A stretch of 64,000 bases of DNA from Eubacteriales bacterium (GTDB lineage: Bacteria; Bacillota; Clostridia; Oscillospirales; QAMX01), in NCBI GenBank assembly GCA_045639125.1, contig JAZUCL010000010.1:36213-100212 (forward strand), in the 5' to 3' direction. Under the pieces are notes generated by a model. That model ran no database searches, had not been told where the DNA came from, and worked only from the letters and a program-made list of their open reading frames with translations. Shown here piece by piece: positions 29,342 through 38,206 of the stretch. Numbering within the stretch: the stretch's first letter is position 1; the number at the start of each line of letters is the position of its first letter. The translations under genes were made by a program, and so were the position numbers.

Positions 29342-32300
29342 CTATCTGCCAAGCAGAGTACAGATATTATGGAATACATTTGCTACTTCGCCACGAGAAG
29401 CATTTACACGTGGTGCAACAGAAGCCAAGTCGCTTAACTGCATTACGCCCTGTCCAAGTGCCCAGTTAAGAGCGGGCTTAGCGTAATCAGATACGGAGGA
29501 TGCATCGGTGTAGCCTGAAAGGTTACTGCTTGCATTTGCCTTTGATGCAAGTCCGCAATGGATTGCGTAGCGGTACATAATTGCCGCCAACTGCTCACGA
29601 GAAATTGGCTCATTTGGCATAAACTTGCCGTTTGTATATCCCTCTACAATGCCGTTTGCAGATGCCCATTTGGTAGCGGTTGCATACCATGCGTCATTTG
29701 CTACATCGCTAAAGGATATTCCCTGTGATACAGTAGGTTGACCTGCAAGACGATAAAGGATTGTTACTATCATTCCACGTGTGATTGTTGCGTCAGGACT
29801 AAACATATTGTTGCCTGTGCCATTCATCAGACCTGTAGATGATACGTAAACTACATCGTCAAAGTAACGGTAGGTTGAGTCTACATCATAGAATGTAGGT
29901 GCAAATACATCTACATCAGCCAAATTTGGTTTATCCTCTTCCTCGTTAAGACGTACTGTTACTTCAACAGAATCTCTGAAACTTTCATCGAAAGATGTTG
30001 CTGTAATTACTGTCTTACCGTTTGAAATTGCAGTTACAACACCTAAATCATTTACAGTTGCAACACTTGGGTTGCTACTTGTCCAAGTTATTGGATAAAC
30101 GTATGGATTATCAGTAACAATATAGGTGTCAAGACGCAACTTTGTATTTGTAGAACGCATTACTCTGTCGTGTTCTGCTATTACAAACTCATCATCATTT
30201 ATAGTTTCAATCTTTTCATCAGTCGTTTGGCCAACAGGTGTCAAAACAATTTCAGAAAAACCAGGATTGGTATTGCCTAAAGGATTTTTACCAACTACTG
30301 CAAATGATAACTTATTTATACCTTGGATAAGGGATACAGTACCCATAGATTTCCATTCGCATACTGCTACCCAAGTACTCGAAGGACGATACAAGTTTTG
30401 GGTTTCGCCTTGCTTAACATCGTTAATATACATATCAACGACACCACGGGAACGAGCCTTGTTGAATAATACATCAACTGTATATTCCGTATTGGATGAC
30501 GGTATCTCAAAATCGAAATCAGCCGAAGCACCAAGTGAAACAAATAAAGCACCACCTGATGGGGACTGATAATCAGGATAATAAGTAACGCCGTTTGTAA
30601 TACTACCTGCCATAGAATATGCAGGATATATGTATTTCTCAGCCTCAATACCTCTCCAAGATTCTGTCGGCAAATAAGCACTTACCATAGGTGCAGGAGA
30701 ATCAACGAACTCAGATGCCATCTCACGGTCAAATCTAAACTCAAGTTGTGAGCCGTATGACAGACAGTTTCTTGTATTGATTGTCGTATCATAAGCAATA
30801 GGCTTTGTAGCACCGTTTTCACTCAACAAAATTGAATTACCTGATGTAAGGTTAACAAATGTTGCATTGTTTTCCTCATCAATTCTCCATGCGGTAACTT
30901 CAGAGTTAGTATCCTCAACATCTTCACGATTGAAACTAGGATCATCGATTACCTTCAGTTCGTAAGTTGCCCTGAATATTTCACCACACTTAACATCAAA
31001 TGGAATTTCAACACCCGCTGCAAGTTGGGCAGGAGTAACTGTGTAGACAACATCTTTGTCAGGATCTACGTGCCAATCATCTGTCGTATTGTCAGGAGGT
31101 GTAACACGAGAGAAACGAATATTCAACTCTGTGGGAATCTCAAATCCGTACTCAGGTATTGTGTCAGAGAAACGAACTGCCGTCAAATCTGCAGTTGTTG
31201 GTGTGAAGAATGTAGTGAATGGAAGAACTGCACCTGCTGCAGGTGTTCCGTCATAAACCTTAACCATTCTGAGGTACATTGCACATTGCATACTGCCAAA
31301 AGTGAAAGGATATTCTTTGTAAATATCTTCCCATACCTCAAGTGCTGCACTAATGTCAACACCTGCTTTGTAGAGATATGCCGCCATGAGTGCACCCTCA
31401 CCTAAACAACTGTTTTCATGGGAAACAGCCTTACGCTTATTCTGCTCCACGTACTCAGCGCCGTCATACCAAAATCTTCTGTCAAATGAATACTCACGAA
31501 CAAGGTACCACAGACAACCACGACCAAATTCAAGTAATTGTTCACGAAGTACAGGATCTTTCTCGTAGTAGCCTACCATTGTTGCTGCTGAAGCGCAGTG
31601 TGCAATAGCATTGTCAATTGCGTCAGTAGTTGGGTTGCCATCACCTGTGGGGTTATACTCTGTCCAGTAGTACTTTTGACCATTCCATTCACCTGAATGG
31701 AAACCGTAACGTGGGAACTGGTAGTAAACAAACTCTCGAGCCATTTCAAAGTATTTTTCATCACCGAACAATTCATAGGCTCTTATAAGGGATGTAACAT
31801 TCAAAGAGTTGGTATGGTGATCGCCTTCATGGTATGTCCACGTATATCCCGGCACGTCTTTCCATATCCAGTCAAAGATAGTGAACGCACCACGCCATTC
31901 AAGGCGAGGAACATATTTGTTTGCAGCATTTGGATCGCTCGTGTAATAGTCTTCAACGAAGGCATTTCTACCGCCCTCTTTCCACTGTGAGTAATCCAAA
32001 TATGTGAGAAGTTCTTTTGCTCTCGTTGAAAAATACTCATTACCGGTCATAACGTAATTGGGCAGATAATTGAGTCTAATATAGTCAAACTCTCTACGTG
32101 GAGCATACGTATCGGTATAGCTTCCATGAGGAGACATTATCGGTCTGCCTACGATTGATGGGTCAATAACTTTTGTAGCCTTGCCGGTAGATGACATACC
32201 AAGAGATCCAATAACTACAGGCATCGTTTCATCATCTTTAATAACTGATGGAGCAGCATTAAGTGCAAAGCCTCTTTCCTGACCGCCTGTATTTCCAAAG

Positions 32301-35300
32301 AACGCTGTGCGGAAGAAAGGTTCTGTCCAGATGTTGGGGACTTCAGTTGCAAGAGGCTTAGCAGGAACAAACATAGCCCAGTACGCTTGTGGATCGTCGT
32401 ATGTGGGATCATCATCTTCCGGAGCGTAAAAACTTTCGGTAATATCAACTACATTTGTTACGTAGTGCTTATGACCATCAGCATCAGTAAGATACTGACC
32501 TAAAGTCATATCGTCAAACCATACTGTGCCGGCACCATTTTCAACGCCAAGGATAATAGCACACTTTGCAGTACCCTTAGGAGATAATGTCTCAATTTGT
32601 CCCTCTGTCCATTCATCAGATGGAGCTAAAGTCTTGCTGAAAGAAGAAATGAAGTTGTCATTTTTATCATACCACATAAACTTCAAGTATGGATTTCCTA
32701 CCATATTTGCTGTCTTGTAGTTAACTATAAGTTTAATTGTATTATTCTCAGTAGAATTAATATTAAACTGAGTAGCAGTTGCAGAATCTGTTTCAGATGC
32801 CGTAGTCAACTTAAGAGACTTGTTGCCCTTGTATGCATCTGAATCAAATGACGCTTCACTGCCATCACCACGTGTTTCAAGTTCCCAATAAGAACTTGCA
32901 TTTGTACTTTCTTCAAAATCTATGTCGTTGAATGGGTGACTCTTGCCGGTCATTGTCATAGGAACAGTAACCGTTCCAAAAGTTATGTCATCGAACCATA
33001 ATGTACCGGAAGTTGCTTCAATGTCGGGATAGACCTGTACGGTTTTTGCACCAACAGGAGACATTGCTTCCCAAGTTACACGAACCCACTCAGGCTCATC
33101 TTTTTCTATATATACACTTGTACCACCAAGGCTAGCATTATTATCGCCATACCAGTTGACACGAATCTGTGGTTTTGCGTCACCGGGAATTGCACGATAC
33201 CATGCACTCAAGCGATATACTGACTGATCATCAGAATTAAGTTGCATGCCTGATTGCTGTGCAAAGGCTCTACCTTTTGATGTCAAGGAGAGTTTTGCAC
33301 TGCGTTTGCCTGTATGTGCTTGGGTTGTGTCGTAGGTAGCAGTTCCTCCAGCGTTGCTGTACATTCTCCAGATCGAATTGGACTCAAAACTTGAGTTCAT
33401 AACAATATTTTCAAGTTTTTCTTTTACACTAATTGAGTCGATCCAAATTTCCTTATCCGCTGTTGAATTACCAACAAATTCTACTTTTAATGCAGTTGCA
33501 TTTACAGGGGCAGATTCAACTACCGCCAAACTCGTCCATTCTGTTTCAGATGATGTTTTTAGATTTGCATTAAAAGCATCACCAACGGGAGTATCACCAC
33601 AGTACCACCTAAGTTGCATATATGGTGCTGTGTCGGAGGAAAGAACAAATGCCTTTATCTCATAGTCTTTGCCGCCGATTACAGGAATACCACTTTGTGT
33701 AATAGATGCATTGCCTGCAAGTTTTGCACTGCTTGTGCCTTTTTGTGCCTTTGTTGTGTCAATAGTAGCGTTGCCACTCCAACCGGAAACATCTCCTTCA
33801 AAATCACCGTTTACAGTAAGGTTTTTGGAAATGTCAAGAACAAGTGGTGCTCCAGACACAGATACTTCGTCAATCCAAGTAGACTTTCCGGATTCTGCTG
33901 CACCTACAAATGAAAGGGACATTGCGGTTGCATCGGAAGGTGCTGATAATTTACCGGAAATTTTCTGCCATTCATTAGATGCTGATTTTGCTGCGATCTG
34001 GAAAGTATCCTTTCCGCCAATACTAAGTAATGTGTCGCCTTTGTACCACTGTACGTTTACAGAAGGTACATCTGTGCTGTCAGTACAAACATACGCACTG
34101 ATATTATACTCATAACCGCCAAGAATTGTAATTCTTGACTGTTTTGCAATAACAGCATTATTTCCGCTTGCTGTCATTTTAAGGGATGCTATTCCCTTAC
34201 GGTAAGAATTAGTAACTGCTGTGCCTGTTCCGTTTTCAATATTCCAGCCGATTGCACTTGCAGAATCTGTGGGGTTAATCTCTGTCTTTGGCTCAAAAGA
34301 ACCATTTGCAACGAGATTCTTTTCATTCAAAGCAACAAGACTTACAGAGTCAATCCATAATGCCTTGCCACTTTCCGTGCAGTTGGTAGGAATAGAGAAT
34401 CTCATTTCCACTATACCTGCAGGAATTTCGAGTACACCTGAAAATTTTGTCCAACTTGTAGGTGCAGCATCAAACTTAACAAGGACACCACCAGTTTGCT
34501 TACCATTGGAATCATAATAGTAGTAGTCAATTTCAGGTGCTGCTCCGGGATCGTCTGTAAAGAAGTAAGCAGAAACTTCATACTGCTTGCCGGCCTCAAC
34601 AGGTATTCTTGCATTATTTGCTGTCTGAACTGTAGCATTACCTGTCGCTTTAAGGGCTTTTCCACCGCTGTGTACATTGGTACTGTCAGCGGAGATTGCA
34701 CCTAAAGCCGCTTTAGTCCAGCCAAGAGTGCCGTCCTCGAAATTACCGTTAAATACACGGTTGCTGTCTGTGTATTCTTCCACCAAAACAGAGTCAAGCC
34801 ATACTGCCTTATCACTTGCTGTGTTGTTGGAAGGAATAGATAATCTCACTGCAACTGTACCTTCAGGAATTTCGATTAAACCTGACAGTTTTGTCCAACC
34901 ACTTGTCGGTGCAGTCTCAAACTTAACAACGGTACCACCACCAGCAGAAGTTCCATCGCTCTTATAACGGTAGTAGTCAATTTGAGGTTTTGATTCGGGG
35001 TTGTCTGTATAGAAGTATGCAGAAAATTCATACTTCTTGCCAGCCACAACAGATATTTTTGCATCCATCGCTGTCTGCGCTATAGCATTACCTGTCATCT
35101 TAAGGGATTTTTCACCGCTGTGTACATAGGTATTATCAGCGGTGGTTTTACCATTAGCCGCTTTAGTCCAACCCGTAGTTCCGTTCTCAAAACCGGGGTT
35201 TGTAACAGATGGTTCTACATCAGTTGCATACGCCGTAAGCGGAGCAAAAGACGAAAACGCATCGAGTGGTAGCATTGTAATTGTCATAGCAACACAAAGC

Positions 35301-35335
35301 ACCATTGCAAGTACGCGAGTGAGTGTTTTTTTCAT
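29342..35335 (-). CDS. S-layer-homology-anchored surface paralog. Signal peptide, 6 CBM4/9/22-like modules, the same central domain, a CBM-like module, a Big_2 Ig-like domain, and 3 SLH repeats.
   Basis: 1997 aa with signal-like MKKTLTRVLAMVLCVAMTITMLP. Big_2-like ITWTSSNPSVATVNDLGVVTAISNGKTVITAT. Three SLH repeats (FYDVD...TRGMIVTILYRLAG; FSDVANDAWY...SREQLAAIMYRYA; YTDASSVSDYAKPALNW...SRGEVANVFHNI). Confidence 0.8.
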   Translation of the reverse strand: MKKTLTRVLAMVLCVAMTITMLPLDAFSSFAPLTAYATDVEPSVTNPGFENGTTGWTKAANGKTTADNTYVHSGEKSLKMTGNAIAQTAMDAKISVVAGKKYEFSAYFYTDNPESKPQIDYYRYKSDGTSAGGGTVVKFETAPTSGWTKLSGLIEIPEGTVAVRLSIPSNNTASDKAVWLDSVLVEEYTDSNRVFNGNFEDGTLGWTKAALGAISADSTNVHSGGKALKATGNATVQTANNARIPVEAGKQYEVSAYFFTDDPGAAPEIDYYYYDSNGKQTGGVLVKFDAAPTSWTKFSGVLEIPAGIVEMRFSIPTNCTESGKALWIDSVSLVALNEKNLVANGSFEPKTEINPTDSASAIGWNIENGTGTAVTNSYRKGIASLKMTASGNNAVIAKQSRITILGGYEYNISAYVCTDSTDVPSVNVQWYKGDTLLSIGGKDTFQIAAKSASNEWQKISGKLSAPSDATAMSLSFVGAAESGKSTWIDEVSVSGAPLVLDISKNLTVNGDFEGDVSGWSGNATIDTTKAQKGTSSAKLAGNASITQSGIPVIGGKDYEIKAFVLSSDTAPYMQLRWYCGDTPVGDAFNANLKTSSETEWTSLAVVESAPVNATALKVEFVGNSTADKEIWIDSISVKEKLENIVMNSSFESNSIWRMYSNAGGTATYDTTQAHTGKRSAKLSLTSKGRAFAQQSGMQLNSDDQSVYRLSAWYRAIPGDAKPQIRVNWYGDNNASLGGTSVYIEKDEPEWVRVTWEAMSPVGAKTVQVYPDIEATSGTLWFDDITFGTVTVPMTMTGKSHPFNDIDFEESTNASSYWELETRGDGSEASFDSDAYKGNKSLKLTTASETDSATATQFNINSTENNTIKLIVNYKTANMVGNPYLKFMWYDKNDNFISSFSKTLAPSDEWTEGQIETLSPKGTAKCAIILGVENGAGTVWFDDMTLGQYLTDADGHKHYVTNVVDITESFYAPEDDDPTYDDPQAYWAMFVPAKPLATEVPNIWTEPFFRTAFFGNTGGQERGFALNAAPSVIKDDETMPVVIGSLGMSSTGKATKVIDPSIVGRPIMSPHGSYTDTYAPRREFDYIRLNYLPNYVMTGNEYFSTRAKELLTYLDYSQWKEGGRNAFVEDYYTSDPNAANKYVPRLEWRGAFTIFDWIWKDVPGYTWTYHEGDHHTNSLNVTSLIRAYELFGDEKYFEMAREFVYYQFPRYGFHSGEWNGQKYYWTEYNPTGDGNPTTDAIDNAIAHCASAATMVGYYEKDPVLREQLLEFGRGCLWYLVREYSFDRRFWYDGAEYVEQNKRKAVSHENSCLGEGALMAAYLYKAGVDISAALEVWEDIYKEYPFTFGSMQCAMYLRMVKVYDGTPAAGAVLPFTTFFTPTTADLTAVRFSDTIPEYGFEIPTELNIRFSRVTPPDNTTDDWHVDPDKDVVYTVTPAQLAAGVEIPFDVKCGEIFRATYELKVIDDPSFNREDVEDTNSEVTAWRIDEENNATFVNLTSGNSILLSENGATKPIAYDTTINTRNCLSYGSQLEFRFDREMASEFVDSPAPMVSAYLPTESWRGIEAEKYIYPAYSMAGSITNGVTYYPDYQSPSGGALFVSLGASADFDFEIPSSNTEYTVDVLFNKARSRGVVDMYINDVKQGETQNLYRPSSTWVAVCEWKSMGTVSLIQGINKLSFAVVGKNPLGNTNPGFSEIVLTPVGQTTDEKIETINDDEFVIAEHDRVMRSTNTKLRLDTYIVTDNPYVYPITWTSSNPSVATVNDLGVVTAISNGKTVITATSFDESFRDSVEVTVRLNEEEDKPNLADVDVFAPTFYDVDSTYRYFDDVVYVSSTGLMNGTGNNMFSPDATITRGMIVTILYRLAGQPTVSQGISFSDVANDAWYATATKWASANGIVEGYTNGKFMPNEPISREQLAAIMYRYAIHCGLASKANASSNLSGYTDASSVSDYAKPALNWALGQGVMQLSDLASVAPRVNASRGEVANVFHNICTLLGR
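30237..32737. repeat. Copy B of the ~2.5-kb direct repeat (partner 24730-27236)
   Basis: See copy A. A second, more diverged block of similarity lies at about 32946-33405 versus 27441-27905. Confidence 0.85.
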
Positions 35336-35525
35336 TCGAAACTCTCCTTACCATAGATTTTATATATATATTCAAAAACATATAGGTTTTTGAATTTATA
35401 TATCTATAAATTAAATGTATTTGTAACCTTACAAACTACATAAATTCTGCCAAGTAAATTGTTTATAATATTACGTCTTTTGTGGCAATTAAAATATAAA
35501 TTTCTCGCCATGTATACACCTAATT

Positions 35526-35554
35526 ATATTACACTATTTTGGGAATATTGTCAA
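35526..35554 (-). promoter_or_regulatory. Candidate promoter of the 1997-aa SLH gene
   Basis: Minus strand: TTGACA (35554-35549), 17-nt spacer, TGT-TAATAT (35531-35526). Implies a ~185-nt AT-rich 5' UTR containing a perfect 10-bp hairpin (35370-35395). Confidence 0.45.
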
Positions 35555-35571
35555 TAGATTCTTGGGTTATT

Positions 35572-35617
35572 CTAAAAAATAAAAGTCCCCTGTGGTTCAA
35601 CTATTCTCACAGGGAAC
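35572..35617 (-). terminator. Intrinsic terminator ending the aspS-gat operon
   Basis: Hairpin GTCCCCTGTG / CACAGGGAAC (one mismatch). On the minus strand it is followed by UUUUAUUUUUU. Confidence 0.65.
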
Positions 35618-35627
35618 TCGTTTAGTT

Positions 35628-36713
35628 TCAGGCATGAATTATTTCAAAATTCTGCTCGTTATAGATATAATTCATACGCTCATTTGTATTTTCAAATATT
35701 GAGTATGCAAGAAGCAATTTTGCATAGGTGGTTTCCATTGTGTATCCGTATACAAAATTTATCTTTTTCCCGTTTGCTTCATGCTTTGCTATTATATCAG
35801 AAGTTTCGTATATCTCACCCTTTAGTATTGCCGGTGCAATAAAAGCATCTGTCTTTCTTTTCGATTTGGCACAAGCGTCTATCATGGCAAGAATTGAGTC
35901 ACTGCTATAGTGTGAGTTGTCCTTCGTTTTTTCACAGCAAGCAGTACCTGAATGATATGTGCCGTGGAGGACGGCTGAATATTTATCGTAATTAAATGAC
36001 TCGTAATTTATACCCACATAGGGAAAAATCATTAACACGCATTGAGAAAGTGTCCAATCTGCAAATATATCAATTCCAGTTTTAATCTTTTGCGGTGGGT
36101 ACATTATATTTATTTTGGCAAAGATGTCCTTGTAGTTTTTATTTGAAATGTCAGTAATATTGATTGCTCCGACACTTGTAAAGTCCTCAGAATAGATTTT
36201 GCATTGTTCAAGTCGTGATGCAAGATGCAGATACATCTGCTTATCAGATACATTTTCGTATACCGCGTATACATTAGCAGGGATTTTTCTGCAAATACAT
36301 TCTACCGCACATTTGAAATTTGCATCACCATTTGATTTTTGTGACTGTAATCTGTCGTTGGCAGATACAAAAAACACAGGAATTTTCGTGCCGCTCAAAA
36401 TCATTGAAAACAGTGCAGCAGAATACGCCAATGTATCTGTTCCGTGGGCAAAAATTATACCGTCAAAATTTTCATTCGCCACTTCTTTGCGATACACTCG
36501 AATTATCTCGTTTAGATTTTCTATCGTCATGTTTTCGCTCAATATATTTAGGTTTTCACTCAACTTTATATCTACCTTGTTGGCGTATACTGAATTTGAG
36601 TTGTAGAAGTTTTCCGTTAGCAGTGTGCCTGCATTTTCGTCTATTGATTTTGTACCGTCTTTATTCAGTTTACAGCAAATAGTCCCACCGACTAAAATCA
36701 ACAATATCCGCAT
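35628..36713 (-). CDS. Asparaginase/glutaminase-family (type I asparaginase / GatD-like) amidohydrolase
   Basis: 361 aa. N-terminal nucleophile motif ILVGGTICC (GGT), second motif IFAHGTDTLAYSAA (HGTDT), candidate Lys in EQCKIYSEDFTS. AGGAGG RBS. Last gene of the gat operon. Confidence 0.7.
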   Translation of the reverse strand: MRILLILVGGTICCKLNKDGTKSIDENAGTLLTENFYNSNSVYANKVDIKLSENLNILSENMTIENLNEIIRVYRKEVANENFDGIIFAHGTDTLAYSAALFSMILSGTKIPVFFVSANDRLQSQKSNGDANFKCAVECICRKIPANVYAVYENVSDKQMYLHLASRLEQCKIYSEDFTSVGAINITDISNKNYKDIFAKINIMYPPQKIKTGIDIFADWTLSQCVLMIFPYVGINYESFNYDKYSAVLHGTYHSGTACCEKTKDNSHYSSDSILAMIDACAKSKRKTDAFIAPAILKGEIYETSDIIAKHEANGKKINFVYGYTMETTYAKLLLAYSIFENTNERMNYIYNEQNFEIIHA

Positions 36714-36732
36714 ATAGTCCTCCTATTGACTA

Positions 36733-36763
36733 CTGCCGAAAGAGAGCAGTTCTCCTTCGGCAG
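36733..36763 (-). other. Strong stem-loop between gatB and the asparaginase-family gene
   Basis: 13-bp stem with one mismatch (CTGCCGAAAGAGA / TCTCCTTCGGCAG) and a 5-nt loop. No U-tract. The RBS AGGAGG follows 8 nt later on the minus strand. Confidence 0.6.
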
Positions 36764-36771
36764 TTATACGT

Positions 36772-38193
36772 TTACAAATTAACTTTTTTTTCCAAGATTT
36801 CCTTAATAACGGATGGTTCGCCAACACCTTTAAGTTCTTTCATGCAAGCACCAAATAATGCCTGTATAGCCTTGACTTTACCATTTTTGTAGTCCTCAAC
36901 CGCCTGTGCATTGTCTAAAAGCACCTTGTCTATGACATTTTCAATGGTAGATAAGTCTACCTTCTTGTCAAAGCCCTGCTCCTTACAATATGCGATTGGG
37001 TCAACTCCGTTTTCAACTACGGCAATTAAAATCTTCTTACCTGCACCACGGTTAATTTCTCCGCTATCCACCATTTTAATGACAGATGCAAGTTCCTGTG
37101 CTGTAATTTTAAGGTCGTTGAATGTCTTTTTGTCCTTACGAAGAATACCTGCACAGTCGGTCAGTATCCAGCCGGCAGCATCCTTTGCATTACAGCCCAG
37201 AGATACTGTATCATCAAGGAGTTTGCTAATATTTTGGTTTGCAATAAGCATATCAATTTCCTTATCGGATATGCCTGCCATTCGATACTCCTCTGCCTTC
37301 TCATCTACTGCAACAGGTTTATTTGCACGGATTTCTTCAAGCCATTCATCGTCAATTATAATAGGCATTAAGTTTGCGTCAGGGAAGTATCGGTAGTCTG
37401 CCTCTGTTTCCTTGTTTCGCATAGCGAATGTCTTGCCGCTCACATCGTCAAAACGTCTTGTTTCTTGAACAAGTTCTTCCGTTTCGTACTCAATAGCGTC
37501 AATGTGTCGCTGTGCCTCGTAGCGAATTGCACGTTCAATAGCCTCAAATGAACTCATGTTCTTAATCTCTGTACGAACACCATATTCACTACTGCCCTGT
37601 GGTCGAACAGAAAGGTTTACGTCACAACGCATTGCTCCCTCTTCACATTCGGAAATACCGCCTGAGCGGAACATATTCTTTAGTTTGTTAAGGTATGATA
37701 ACACTTCTTCTGCACTGCGGAAGTCAGGCTGTGTAACAATTTCAATCAGAGGTACACTTGTGCGGTTGAAGTCAACAAGAGAGTGTTTTCCAACGTGTAC
37801 AAGTTTACCAGCGTCTTCCTCCATGTGAATTTGCTTTATGCGAATATCTCGTGGGCCGTCAGATGTTTTAAGAGAAACGCAACCGTCTGTGCATATAGGG
37901 TGGTTTAACTGTGTAATCTGATACGCACAAGGAAGGTCGGGATAGTAGTAGTTCTTCTTGTCAAATGTAGTATACTTGTTGATGTTACAGTTGAGCATAA
38001 GACCTGCCGTAACTGCAAGTTCAACTACACGCTTGTTCATAACAGGAAGCATACCGGGCATACCGCTACAAGCAGGACAAACACAATCGTTTGGTTCATT
38101 TGCAGAGGAGTGACCACCGCAAGAACAGAAAATTTTCGATTTGGTATCTAACTCAACATGAGTTTCAAGACCTATAACTAATTCATAGTTCAT
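36772..38193 (-). CDS. gatB: Asp/Glu-tRNA amidotransferase subunit B
   Basis: 473 aa; IGLETHVELDTKSKIFC, YPDLP, C-terminal YqeY-like tail. Canonical length. Confidence 0.9.
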   Translation of the reverse strand: MNYELVIGLETHVELDTKSKIFCSCGGHSSANEPNDCVCPACSGMPGMLPVMNKRVVELAVTAGLMLNCNINKYTTFDKKNYYYPDLPCAYQITQLNHPICTDGCVSLKTSDGPRDIRIKQIHMEEDAGKLVHVGKHSLVDFNRTSVPLIEIVTQPDFRSAEEVLSYLNKLKNMFRSGGISECEEGAMRCDVNLSVRPQGSSEYGVRTEIKNMSSFEAIERAIRYEAQRHIDAIEYETEELVQETRRFDDVSGKTFAMRNKETEADYRYFPDANLMPIIIDDEWLEEIRANKPVAVDEKAEEYRMAGISDKEIDMLIANQNISKLLDDTVSLGCNAKDAAGWILTDCAGILRKDKKTFNDLKITAQELASVIKMVDSGEINRGAGKKILIAVVENGVDPIAYCKEQGFDKKVDLSTIENVIDKVLLDNAQAVEDYKNGKVKAIQALFGACMKELKGVGEPSVIKEILEKKVNL

Positions 38194-38206
38194 ATTTATC
38201 TAAACC

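Noticed and set aside
25518-34967. Dozens of 60-154-aa ORFs within the two giant genes, many occurring as paralogous pairs
   Set aside because: They recur in pairs only because the underlying DNA is duplicated. All overlap the long minus-strand ORFs and lack RBSs.
24720-35335. The duplication considered as an assembly artefact or an IS-mediated composite element
   Set aside because: The copies differ by many substitutions and an in-frame 6-nt indel, and both keep intact ORFs with different module content. No transposase, integrase or terminal inverted repeats flank them.
35585-35617. Recurrent CCCCTGTGG / CCACAGGGG-type hairpins (24658, 29264, 35585) considered as a REP-like mobile repeat family
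   Set aside because: There are only three instances. Each sits exactly where a terminator is expected, and similarity is limited to the GC-rich stems. They are most simply ordinary terminators, two of them possibly related through the paralog duplication.
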